DNA of 64,000 nt from an uncultured Planctomycetota bacterium (GTDB lineage Bacteria; Planctomycetota; Planctomycetia; Isosphaerales; Isosphaeraceae): assembly GCA_963823665.1 (NCBI GenBank), contig CAWGMQ010000004.1:2848001-2912000 (forward strand), in the 5' to 3' direction. The notes under the pieces were generated by a model. It saw only the letters and a program-made list of their open reading frames with translations. It was not told the origin of the DNA and did not search any database. The position numbers were made by a program, and so were the translations under genes. Positions 31,366 through 43,554 of the stretch are shown here, piece by piece. Positions within the stretch are counted from its first letter, which is position 1. Every line of letters begins with the position of its first letter.

Positions 31366-31701
31366 CGGAAGCCTCGCGGTGGAGGGCGTCGTAATCTTTG
31401 ATCATCGGGAGGCGAGTTACGTCAGTAAATCGGGAGTCCATGATCAGACGCGATGGCTTGTAGTTCTTCGTACAATTCGCTCAATTCGGCTGCGAGCGAC
31501 CGGCTTGATGTGTGATTTTCAGAACGGGCCAACTCGCCCAGCTGCGGAACTTTCACCGGGCTTCGGCGGCTCGTAGAGGGGAAATCGTACACCATCCCGC
31601 TGCCCTGACTTCGCAATGACCGGAGGGGGAGCGGCCGACTGGTCGTACTCCTCGAGAGCCTGCGCCACGGTCCGGCCATCGAGTCCTGAGATCACGTCTC
31701 A

Positions 31702-31830
31702 TTCTAACGTGAACGGCTGCGACGAACCTCAGCCCGGCGGCAGAAAGCTAACTGCGCGCGAGTTGCAGAACGCTTAACCGGACCAGGGCGGCGTGGCGCG
31801 CGTCTGCGCTCGGGCTGCGCGCTGGTAGGG
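31702..31830 (-). other. Degenerate attC-like site
   Basis: Minus strand CCCTACC-AGCGCGCAG...CAGACGCGCG...CGCGCGCAG...CGCAGCCGTTCAC-GTTAGAA resembles an R''...R' layout. Confidence 0.35.
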
Positions 31831-32833
31831 GATGGCCAGGTGACTGGACGGCGGGCCGGTCGGGCTGTGGACCACATCCGCGCGGCACAGCGCGGCAAAA
31901 AAGGGGGATCAACGCGTTACAACCGGTGTTATTCGTTAAAATAAGATTGCTCATCCGGTAATGTCTGCATAATTAACGCATTTTGTCTTGCCGATTGCTG
32001 GTGGGCATGGTATAAACACGTGTCGAGAGGGAGGGTTTGCGCTTCGCTTGAAAGCCGCGGCCTTCCTCTTTGCGACGAAAGGGTTCTCTGGCGAACCCAC
32101 GGACCGGCCTCATCGCCGGCCAAGGCGAGCAACTTGAATGGCCGCCCTTGATCGCAACGGTTCTCATTAACACATCAAATTTACATATCGTGCTTCATTG
32201 TCCCGTTCATGCTGGTAACGCTTTTGCACGTCTTTGTCACGCGTCGCCGTTATGCGGGTCGCGGGGAGTGTTTCCATGCCGTTCCTCGAGAACGAGGAAG
32301 ACCCTTCGCGGAGCGAAGGGCGACCATTCGAAACGAGGGGATGGGGAGTTTTCCACGCGTGTTCACGGGTGGGCTTGGCGTCGCTCCTTGTTCGACGACG
32401 CGGAGCGTCGCGGAGAGCGTTCCTACGCGGAGCGTCGGAACGAGATAGCCTTGGCCTGGGCTGAGGAACGCCTTTGGGAGAGAGAGGAGAATTCTTTCGA
32501 AAATGTGATCATTTACTCTCATTTACTCTCATTTACTATCATTTTTGGGTTGCCGAGATCGTTCCAAGGCTGTGCGGGGGAACGAGAAACGGCAAGGAAG
32601 CCGTAATCGGTCTGGTGTGGTAGGCCGAGTCGCTCTGTCCAACGTGAATGGCGATGCTGGGGAACGGGCAGAATCCCTTCGCGGAGCGAAGGGCGACACT
32701 GGCGGAGCGAGACTGGCGATACTGGCGCCTTGTGTTGGCCGACCCGGGTTCGTTGCCGGGGCACTTTGTCTGGCTCTTTGTGTTAGCGATGAAGATTCAA
32801 GCAGAAGCCTTTCTCTATACTGGGAGTGATATC

Positions 32834-33420
32834 ATGATCATGCAGGCAGAAGGCGGACAAACTTCACGGAACCCGAATGGGAGCACAGGGCCCCGGTCGG
32901 CTGAGGGTAAGGAACGCGTAAAATACAACGCTGTGCGCCATGGGCTCTCGGCGCGAAATGTTCTATTGCCGGGGGATGACCCGGTGGAATACCAGGCGAG
33001 GATTGACGATCTCAAGGCGGACCTCGGGACGCGAAGCCGGTTCGAGGAGGAGCTGGCGGAGCGGGCGGTGTGGAGGTTGTCGTTGAGGCGGTGCCGGATG
33101 AGGGGGTGGGTCAGAGCGCTCTTGTGGCGCCGGGATTCGAGGGTGAAGCGCGGGTCGCCGAGGCGGATGGGGGTGATCCCGTAATCGTTATTGGGAAAGG
33201 AGAAGGGGCGAATGTACAAAACGAAGTCCCCCCTGTAGCGAGTACGGCGGGCGGAGGGGAGGAGAGGACACGGGAGTCACCGTTGAGTTCGCCGCGGAGC
33301 GGCAGAGGGGACGTAGCGAGGGAGGGTGGAATCTCAGTCGCGGAGGGGGAACGCGCTGATCCCGTAATCGTTGCGGACAGAGGAGAAACGGCCAATTTCC
33401 AAAACGAACTCCCCCCGGGT
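32834..33420 (+). pseudogene. Remnant of a 'STGPR..EGK...NA.RHGL' family protein gene
   Basis: NGSTGPRSAEGKERVKYNAVRHGL...LLPGDDPVEY, truncated and followed by repeated NVQNEVP/NFQNELP tails. Confidence 0.55.
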
Positions 33421-34853
33421 GAATGGCGTGAGATCGCTGGGGAGGTGAGGGCTGGCGCTGGCCGCGGCAAACGGGTGGAGGTGGGAGAACCAGATGCGCG
33501 GGGCGAAGGGTACGGCGATGTAACAGACGGGGTCGAATACTCGGATCAGCCGTGGAGTGATCGGGTTGGCGGGTTACCCAATTGCGGGGGCAATTCGGGG
33601 CCAGGCCATCCGCCGCCGGCGATGGCTATTTCAGGGACGGGTGGGGGGTGAACGCTCGAATGAACTGCGCTCGTGGGACTGTCGCGGTCCAGGCGCCAAA
33701 GTTGGCACTTGTTCGATCGTTCCCGATCGTTCAGCGTCTCGGGTGCGAGCCGCTGCCACGCCACGGGTTTGCGTGTCCGGCACTTTCGGTCGCGGTGGCC
33801 GGAGGTGGGAAGGGAGAAGAGCTTAGCCACGGACGAAACACGGATCGAACACAGATAATACAGCACTTTCCTTTGGCGCGGCTTCCCTGTGGAGATGATT
33901 TACTTCGGTGTGCGGGTGCGGGGAAAAACACACAAAACATTGCCACTTTCTGCCACAATTCGAGGCTGCGAGTGAACAGCAATGGCGCTGCACGTCGCTC
34001 CGCACGTCGAATCGGGCTCAAGGGATCGGGCCTTGGCGTTGCGTTGTCCGGCGATTGGAAGGAACTGTGGCAGTTCGCTCGCGAAAACTGCCACTTTTTT
34101 CGAGGATTTCCGATGTGTCATGATCCCGCGCTGGAACGGCTTCCGCGAGTTTCGGTGTTTGGTTCGTGCGGTCGGGGTGGCCGAGGGGCGAGGAGCTTGG
34201 CCAGGGATTAAACATGGATCCGATGCGGATGGCTGCCTCGCTGGCGCGTCGGGTTGGTGTCCGTGTGGCCACGCCGGTGCGAGACTGCTGGGCGGTGTTC
34301 TTTTACCCACCACCTCTTGATTGGCGTGCATCCCGGTGCGCGCTGGACACTTGGCGGATCGTCTACGACGTCGGCGGCTCAGAAGGCGTCGTCATTCGCA
34401 AGTGTTAATGTGCTCGAGAGTTGAGTCGAATTGCTCTTTGCTCTCAAAAACATCGTCATTCGTAACTCCTTTTGCTGCAAGGAGATGACGATGATGACGA
34501 TGTTTTGGGGGGTCCGCGAGAGCCAAGTGTGCGAAAGAGCTACGAAGACGAGCGCAGGTGGTCCAGGGCTGGGGAAGCCTGGGTCTGTAACTCTCTCTCG
34601 CCGCGCTCGGGGTCGTCAGGAAATCCCTTGGCGGAGCGAAGGGCGACAATGGACTTTCTCTTCGGGCGCGGGGTCGGCAGGCGAATCGTCAACATCGAGG
34701 TCAACCTCGATGCTCTGTTGCCGTGGGCGCGGGGTCGTTAAACTAAGCAAGCACCCTCCTTTGCCCGGTCCGGTACTCCGGGGGCGATCCGAGCGATGGC
34801 GCTTGCTGCGAGTCGGGTCTGCGAGGGGGACCGGCTTTTGGTGTTTCGCTGCG

Positions 34854-35432
34854 ATGGACGACATCTCGCAACTTATCTCGGCAATTGACGCGGGCGACCC
34901 GCGGGCAGCGGAGAAGCTATTGCCTCTGGTCTATGACGAGCTGCGCAAGTTATCCGCCCAGAAGCTCGCGCGCGAGGCCCCGGGGCAGTCACTCTACGCG
35001 ACCGATCTCGTTCACGAGGCGTATCTCAGGCTCGTCGGCAGTGGTAGCGAGCCGAAGTGGGATGGCCGCGGCCACTTTTTTGCCGCGGCGGCTGAGGCGA
35101 TGCGCCGGATACTCGTGGAGCGCGCTCGCCGCAAGAAGCGCGTCAAGCACGGTGGCGGGCAAAACCGGGTCGATTGGGAAGCGACTGCTTCGCTGGTGGA
35201 GGAGCAATCATCCGAGGATCTCGTGGCCCTCGATGAGGCCCTCAGCAGGCTGGCGGAGGAAGACCCGGACAAGGCCGAGCTCGTCAAGCTCCGCTTCTTC
35301 GCCGGTCTGACCTTGCGCGAAATTGCCAAGGTGATGAAAATCTCGCTAGCAACCGCGGAACGACATTGGACTTTCGCCCGCACGTGGCTCTACGCCGAGC
35401 TGGCGGACCCGGACGGGGCCGCGAGCGATTAG
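34854..35432 (+). CDS. ECF sigma factor, TIGR02999-type
   Basis: AAEKLLPLVYDELRKL, LVHEAYLRL, HFFAAAAEAMRRILVERARRK, VKLRFFAGLT, ERHWTFARTWL. Confidence 0.92.
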   Translation: MDDISQLISAIDAGDPRAAEKLLPLVYDELRKLSAQKLAREAPGQSLYATDLVHEAYLRLVGSGSEPKWDGRGHFFAAAAEAMRRILVERARRKKRVKHGGGQNRVDWEATASLVEEQSSEDLVALDEALSRLAEEDPDKAELVKLRFFAGLTLREIAKVMKISLATAERHWTFARTWLYAELADPDGAASD

Positions 35433-35873
35433 AAAAAAACCTCGATCTGCGTGAGGGGTTCCGTCGGGCCACGTCGCATTGAGAGTGGGGCCATCGCGCA
35501 TCGGTCACCTCATTCTGCTATTTGAACGGCAACCCGGATCCGGTTTCTCGGACTTTGAAACGAGATTCTGGCAGAACTCGCATTTTTCTTGTCCCGAAGG
35601 CGCGGCAGCGCGCCAGTCATCAGGTATGGGCAACCTCATGAACGATCCACGGAGCAGAGCCGTCCTCCTGCTCGACTGTCCCCGAGCCCGGGGTCGCCGC
35701 GCACTCGACGACCGGTTGTACTGACGCCGCAACCCATTGCAGCACAGATACTTTCATCGATGTCGATCGCATTAATCATGAATAGACGAAGTCTACCCAC
35801 CGTACCGACGCCGGACCGTGAGCTTTCCAAGTTGGATGCCCGGGCGCTGGTCAACCAGAAGAGCGAGAGAACC

Positions 35874-38800
35874 ATGAGTCGCAACGGAGCGAGGGTTGAG
35901 CGCAGGAACGCGCGGCGACGATCAAGGTGCGGCAGCGGCAATTGCGGCGGATGCGGCCGACGCTCGTGGCTCTTGAGGACCGCAGGCTGCTGTCCACGTT
36001 TGTCGTGAACAACCCCACCGACACGCCGGTTGCTGGCGAGACCGACCTGCGCCAGGCGATCACTTCCGCAAATGCGACCACGGGGGCCAACACGATCACC
36101 TTTGACAGCACCTTCTTCGCCACCCCGCAGACGATCACACTGGACGGCACCCAGCTCGAGCTCTCCAACACGACCGGGACGCTGACGATCACGGGTCCGG
36201 CTGCGGGGGTGACGGTCAGCGGCAACAACGCGAGCCGGGTGTTCCAGGTCGACGCGAATGTCACGGCGTCGATTTCGGGACTGACGATATCCGGCGGCAA
36301 TACCACCGGCTTCGGTGCCGGCCTGTACATTGATGGGGGCACGATCACGCTGACCAACTGCACCGTCAGCGGCAACCACGGTAGCAACTGGGGCGGCGGC
36401 CTGTTCAACAACGGAACGGCCACGTTGACCAACTGCACCGTCGTCGGCAACTCCGGAGTATCCGGCGGCGGCCTCTACGATCAAGGCGGCATGACCAAGC
36501 TGACGAATTGTACCGTCAGCGACAACTCCGCCACCCTGAGAGGCGGCGGCGTATCCGACACCGGCGGCATCACCACGATTTTGAACTGCACCGTCAGCGG
36601 CAATTCCGCGGTCTCGGCCGGCGGCGGCCTGAACAACAACTTTGGGGCCACGACGACGATGGCCAACTGCACCGTCAGCAGCAACACCTCTGCCCACTAC
36701 GGCGGCGGCCTGTCCGACGTCGCGGGCACGATCAACCTGACCAACTGCACTGTCAGCGGCAACTCCGCCTCCACCAGCGGCGGCGGCGTGTACAACCTCT
36801 CCGTCATGTCGCTCTCGAACTGCACCGTCAGCGGCAACTCCGCCGCCGGCAACGGCGGCGGCCTTGACGACGCGAGAGGCACGGTGACCATCGGCAACAC
36901 CATCGCGGCCGGGAACACGGGCACCTCGAGCGGACCCGACGCATACGGAACCTTTACCTCCCAGGGCAACAACCTGATCGGCAAGACGGATGGCAGCTCC
37001 GGCTGGGCCGGCTCTGACCTGACCGGCACCATCGCCCTGCCACTAAACCCCCTGCTGGCACCCTTGGCCTATTACGGCGGGCCGACCGAGACGATGCCGC
37101 TCTTGCCCGGCAGTCCAGCCATCGGCGCGGGTAACATCGCCCTCATTCCCAGCGGCATCACGACCGATCAGCGCGGCTACGCCCGCATCGAGAGCAACAC
37201 CGTGGACATCGGCGCCTACGAGGTCCAGGCGATCCCGCTGGTGGTCAGCACCACCGCCGACGGCATCGGCTGCCCGCTCGGGACGCTCGACCTACGCGAG
37301 GCGATCGACCTGGCCAATATCCTGCCCGGCGCTAACACGATCACGTTCGACCCGACTGTCTTTGCGGGCGCGCAGACGATCACTTTGTTGATCGGTACGC
37401 AGCTCGAGCTGAGCAATACAAGCGGGACGCAGACGATCACTGGCCCGGCGGCGGGCGTGACGGTCAGCGGCGGCGGGCTGAGCCGCGTATTCCAGGTCGG
37501 GTCTGGAGTCACGGCTTCCATCTCGGGACTATCGATTACCGCCGGCGGCGGCGAGTGGGGCGGCGGCGGCCTTCTCGTCAGCTCCGGTGGCACGGCGACT
37601 CTGACCGATTGCACCGTCAGCGGCAACCACGCCAACTACGGCGGCGGCCTGCTGAGCTACGGTACGACGATGCTGAGCGACGTCACCGTGAGCGGCAACA
37701 CCGCCAATGGCGCGGCTGGCGTATGGGTCGACGGCGGCACGACCACGCTCACCGACTGCACCTTGAGCGGCAACTCCACCGCCGGCAACGGCGGCGGTCT
37801 GAACGCCGAGGCTGGCACAACCACGCTGACCGACTGCACGGTCAGCGGCAACTCCGGTCTTGGCGGCGGCCTGTACAGCAACAGCCCGGTCCCGACGACC
37901 ATCGCCAACACGATCGTTGCTGGGAACACGGCCAGCGGCAGCGGGCCCGACGCCTTCGGATCTTTCGCCTCCGGAGGCCACAACCTGATCGGCGAGACCG
38001 ACGGCAGCTCCGGCTGGGTCGGTTCGGACCTGACCGGCACCATCGCCAGTCCGCTTGATGCCCTGCTAGCACCCCTGGGCAATTACGGCGGCCCGACCCA
38101 GACGATGGCCCTGCTGCCCGGCAGCCCGGCAATCGGCAACGGCATTGTGACCGACTACCCGGGCACGAGCACACCGATCTCCACGGACGAGCGCGGGATA
38201 CCGCGTGGCTCGCTGGTCGACATCGGCGCGGTCCAGGCCAGCCTCGTGGTCGAGTCGACCACAGGGTCAGTCGACACCAGCACCGCCGGCCTGACGCTGC
38301 CCGGCGCCGTACTTCTGGCGAATCAGTTCCCTTACTCGGTCATCAGCTTCGACCCAGTTGTCTTCGCGGGCCCGAAGACGATCACTCTGACGGCGCAGCT
38401 CGAGTTCCTTGACACCGCGATTGCGGGCTCGATCACCGGGCCGGCCGCGGGCCTGACGATCAGCGGCGGCGGGATAACCCGCGTGTTTCAGGTCGATAGC
38501 GGCGTGGCCGCGACCTTGAGCGGCCTGACCATCTCGGGAGGCTCGACCACGGGATATGGCGGCGGCCTGTACAACGATGGGGGCACAGTCACGCTGACCG
38601 ACGTAACCTTGAGCAGCAACATCGCGGGCAAGGGCGGCGGCGTGTTCAACACCGGGCGCGGCACGATCGGGATTACAAGCTGCTCGATCACCGGCAACTC
38701 CGCCACGAACGGCGGCGGGTTGTACAACGATTATGGCACCGCCACGCTGACGGGCGTTACCGTCAGCAGCAACATCGCGGGCCAAGGGCGGCGGCCTGTT

Positions 38801-41800
38801 CAACACCGGGCGCGGCACGATCGGGATTACAACCTGCTCGATCACCGGCAACTCCGCCACGGCAGCGGCGGCGGCCTGTACAACTTGGGGGCACGGCCAC
38901 ATTCAACGGCGGTACCGTGAACGGTAACTCCGGGGCCTCCGGCGGCGGCCTGTTCAACACAGGGCGCGGCACGATCGGGGTGACCGGTTGCAGCGTCACC
39001 GGCAACTCCGCCACGGGCGGCGGCGGCGGCCTCTATAACGACGGGGGTATGGCCACGCTGACGGGCGTGACCGTGAGCGGCAACATCGCGGGCAAGGGCG
39101 GCGGCCTGTTCAACACCGGGCGCGGCACGATCGGGATCACGAGTTGCACCGTCGGCGACAACTCGGCGGCTGCCGGGGGCGGGCTCTACAATAGTGACGC
39201 CACGGCGAATCTGGATGCCACCACGATCGGCGGCAACTCCGCCGCCTCGGGCGGTGGAATCGATAACACGGCCGGTGGCGGCGCCACGCTGCGAAGACAC
39301 GATCGTCGCCACCAACACCGGGACAGGCGGCACGCCCAGTGACATTGGCGGTGCCAGCTCGGCCGGAGTCGTCGGCACGTATGATCTGGTGGGCACCGGC
39401 AGCGCCGGGGGGATCGCCGGCGGCACCGGTGACATTGTCCTCTCCACCCTGAACAGCTTGGGGCTGGACTCGCTGGGCAACTACGGCGGTTCGACCGAGA
39501 CGATGCCCTTGCTCCCCGGCAGCGCCGCGATCGATACCGGCACGACGATCCCCGGGGTCTCGACCGACCAGCGCGGCCTTCCCCCGTCGAGCCCAACCCC
39601 CGACATCGGCGCCTTCCAGAGTCAGGGATTCACCTACTCGGTGGTCGCCGGCAGCACTCCTCAGGCGGTGCCCACCGGCGCCGCGTACACCAATCCGCTG
39701 GCGGTCATCGTCACCCCGATCAATCCCGTCGAGCCGGTGGCGGGCGGCGTCGTGAGTTTCATCGTCGAATCCGGGCCCGGAACGGCGCGTCGGCCACGCT
39801 CTCCGCGGCGACCGCGATCATCGGATCGAACGGAATCGCCGAGGTGACCGCCACGGCCAATTCCATCGCCGGCCCTTACACGGTCACGGCAACGGCCGCG
39901 GGAGGCACGCCGACGATCGATTTCGATTTGAAGAACCTGATCGTGCTCACCTTCTCGGGAGTAACCAATCAGAGCATCACCTACGGCTCCTCGAGCGCGA
40001 CCTTCTCCGGCATTCTGGCCAACGGCACGCGAGCCCCTCAGGGAGAGAACCTCGCGGTGACGTTTGATGGTGTCACACAACAGGCCGTGATCGGCTCGAC
40101 AGGCGCCTTCTCCGCCACATTCGACACGGGTGGCCTCCACGTGGCGGGCTCGCCGTATACGGTCAGCTACGCGTATACGAGCGACGGGACCTTCGCCTCC
40201 GCGGGCACGACGAGCACGCTCGTGGTCACGAAGGCCACTCCCACGATCACCTGGGCCAACCCTGCCGATATCACCTACGGCACGGTGATCTCGGCCAAGC
40301 AGCTCGATGCGGCGGCGGCCTGGACGGTGGACGGAGTGAATGGGGCTGTCGCGGGGTCGTTCACGTACACATCGGCCGTGGGTACTCTCCTGGGCGCCGG
40401 CACGGGCCAGACGCTCTCGGTCACTTTCACACCCACGGACACGTCGGATTACAACACCGCGTCCGACTCGGTGACGATCAACGTCGACAAGGCCACGCCC
40501 ACGATCGCCTGGGCGAACCCCGCCGGCATCACCTATGGCACGGCGCTGTCGGCCACGCAGCTCGATGCGACATCGTCGTGGACCGTGGCCGGAGTGAATG
40601 GAGCTGTCGCGGGAATGTTTACCTACACGCCGGCCGCGGGCACCGTCTTGCGTGCCGGCACGGGCGAGACGCTCTCGGTCACGTTCACGCCGACGGACAC
40701 GACCGATTACAACATCGCGTCCCACTCGGTCACGATCAACGTCGCCAAGGCCACGCCCGACATCGCCTGGACCGCCCCCGCCGGGATCACCTATGGAACC
40801 GCGCTGTCGGCAGCCCAGCTCGATGCGACAACGTCGTGGACCGTGGCCGGAGCCGACGGAGCTGTCGCGGGAACGTTCAACTACACCCCGGCCGCGGGCA
40901 GTGTGCTCAAGACAGGCACGGGCCAGAACCTCTCGGTGAGCTTCACGCCGACGGACACGAACGATTACAACACGATCTCCGACTCAGTGACGATCAACGT
41001 CGCCAAGGCCACGCCTACGATTGCCTGGGCGAGCCCCGCCGGCATCACGTATGGCACGGCGCTTTCGGCCACGCAGCTCGATGCGACATCGTCCTGGACC
41101 GTGGGCGGAGTCCAGCGGAAGCGTCGCGGGAACGTTCACGTACACCCCGGCCGCGGGCACGGTCTTGGGCGCCGGCACGGGCCAGACGCTCTCGGTTACG
41201 TTCACGCCCACGGACACGACCGATTACGAGCCCATCTCCGACTCGGTCACGATCAATGTCGGCAAGGCGGCGCCCAGCATCAACTGGGCCAACCCCGCCG
41301 ACATCACGTATGGCACTGCGCTCTCGCCCACGCAGCTCGATGCGACATCGTCGTGGACGGTGGGCGGAGCAAGCGGAAGTGTCGAGGGAACGTTCACGTA
41401 CACACAGGCCGTGGGCACGGTCCTCGCCGCCGGCGGGGGACAGGTGCTCTCGGTAACGTTCATTCCGACGGACGCGACCGATTACTACGTGACCTCCGAC
41501 ACGGTTGCGATCAACGTCGAGGAGGCGGCGCCCGACCATTATCTGGTCCAACCCTTATGACATTACTTTCGGCACGGCGCTCTCGGCGACCCAGCTCGAC
41601 GCGACGTCTTCCTGGACGGTGGGCGGAGTGAGCGGAAGTGTCGCGGGAACGTTTTCGTACACACCGGCCGCGGGCACGGTGCTCACGCCCGGCACGGACC
41701 GAACCCTGTCGGTCACCTTCACGCCCGCCGATACGAGCGATTACACCACCGCCAGTGCCACGGCGACGATCAATGTCGACAAGGCCGAGCCCACGATCAC

Positions 41801-43484
41801 CTGGGCCGACCCCGATCCAATTACCCGGGGCACTGACGCTCTCGGCCACCCAGCTCGACGCAACGGCCTCGGTGCCCGGAACGTTCGTGTATAGCCCGGG
41901 ATTGGAAACGGACATTTACGCGGGAGGCAACTGGACGCTGTCGGTGACGTTCACGCCCACGAACTCGACCGATTACGCGACTGCCTCCGACTCGGTGACG
42001 ATGAACGTCGGCGAGGCCACGCCGATCATCGCGTGGCCGAGCCCTGCCGACATCACCTACGGCACGCCGCTTTCGGCCACGCAGCTCGATGCGACGTCGT
42101 CGTGGACCGAGGCCGGAGTGACGGGGAGTGTCGCGGGAACGTTCACCTACACACCGGCCCTGGGCACGGTGCTCACGGGTGGAACCGAACCAGACGCTCG
42201 CGGTCACGTTCACGCCCAGCGATACGACCGATTACAGCACCATCTCGGCAACAACGACGATCAACGTCGAGAAGGCCGCGCCGACGGTCATCTGGTATAA
42301 CCCGATCGACATCGCCGCCGGCACGGCGCTCTCGGCCACGCAGCTCAATGCCCGTGCGCTCATACCCGGCAGCTTTGTCTACTCGCCGCCGTTGGGAACG
42401 AAGCTCGATGCCGGCGCCGGACAGACGCTCACGGCTACCTTCACGCCGACCGATACGACGGATTACGCCTCGACCGTTGCCACGGTGACGATCAACGTCG
42501 GGCAGGGCACGACGAGTGTGGGCAAGCTCACGCCGACGCTCAAGGTCACCGATCCAGGTGGCCGATTTGACGGCGCGGCGTTCCCGGCCACCGTCACCGT
42601 CGCCGGCTCGGGGAACCTTCCTGCGGCCAGCCTGGAGGGTGTCACACCGACTCTGACGTACTACAACGAGCGCCGGGAGCAGCCTGGGCGCCGCGGCGCC
42701 GACGGCCGCGGGAAGTTACACCGTGGTGGCCGCCTTTGCCGGCAGCACGGATTACGCAGCAGTGCGGTCGGCGCCGGTGCCGTTTAGCATCACACAGCAG
42801 AGCGCGACGATCGCGCTGGCCTCGTCCGTTTCGTCGGCCGTCTTCGGAGAATCGGTGACGTTCGTCGCGACGGTGGCCGCCGTGTCTTCGGGTACGCCGG
42901 GCGGCACGGTCACCTTCTCGGACGGTGGCACCGCGCTGGGTACCGTGGCGCTGGGCGCCTCTGGAAAGGCGACGCTCACCACCACCGGCCTGGCCGTTGG
43001 ATCGAATTCGATCACGGCGACTTACAGCGGCGATACGAACTTCCTGGGGGTGCACACGCAGGCGCTGACCGAATCGGTCGCGCAGGCCGGCACCCAGGTG
43101 GTCCTGGTTCCTGAACCGGTCTTCAACAGCAAGAACAAGGTGGTGTCGATCGGTCTGAAGGCGGAGGTCGCCCCGGTCTCCCCCGGCAGCGGCGTACCGA
43201 CCGGGCATGGTGACATTCGAGACGGTGACGTCGACGCAGGAAGACGAAGAAGCTCGGGACGCTGGCCTTGAGCGGCGGCGAGGCGACGCTTTCGCTGCCT
43301 GCCAAGCTGGTGCTCAATAAGCCGATCAAGATCGTGTACAGCGGCGACACCGATTTCACAGTCGAGCACAGCATCTTTGCCTGAGCTGACGCAGTCGGGA
43401 CTCAAGAGCCTGGCGCGGCCGATGATCGCGTTGGTCAATCGCGGTCGTCTGCTTCGAGACGTGGCCAGGGCAAGCGCGGGCTAG
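35874..43484 (+). CDS. Giant secreted beta-helix / Ig-like repeat surface protein (about 2500 aa, about 10 frameshifts)
   Basis: LEDRRLLS export motif; LRQAI/LREAI modules; GGGL.N...TLTNCTVSGNSA beta-helix repeats; LAPL..YGGPT.TM.LLPGSPAI...DQRG...DIGA domains; ITWANPA.ITYGTALSATQLDA repeats; C-terminal Ig-like domain (GTVTFSDG...ITATYSGD.NF). Confidence 0.85.
40231..42500 (+). repeat. Nine tandem intragenic units of about 258 bp (86 aa)
   Basis: Units start near 40231, 40489, 40747, 41005, 41264, 41522, 41781, 42013 and 42272. The units at 41781 and 42272 are shorter. Confidence 0.85.
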
Positions 43485-43554
43485 CCGGGGCAGTTGATCC
43501 TGGAGTCATGGAGAATGGCCGATCTGGCGGCCGATCTCACGGCGCAGTGCGCAT

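Noticed and set aside
31930..31990. Possible dif site (GCATAA...)
   Set aside because: The XerD arm TTATGTTAAA is absent.
40231..42500. Tandem repeats as a CRISPR array or diversity-generating retroelement
   Set aside because: They are in-frame protein repeats with no unique spacers, and the window has no cas or reverse transcriptase gene.
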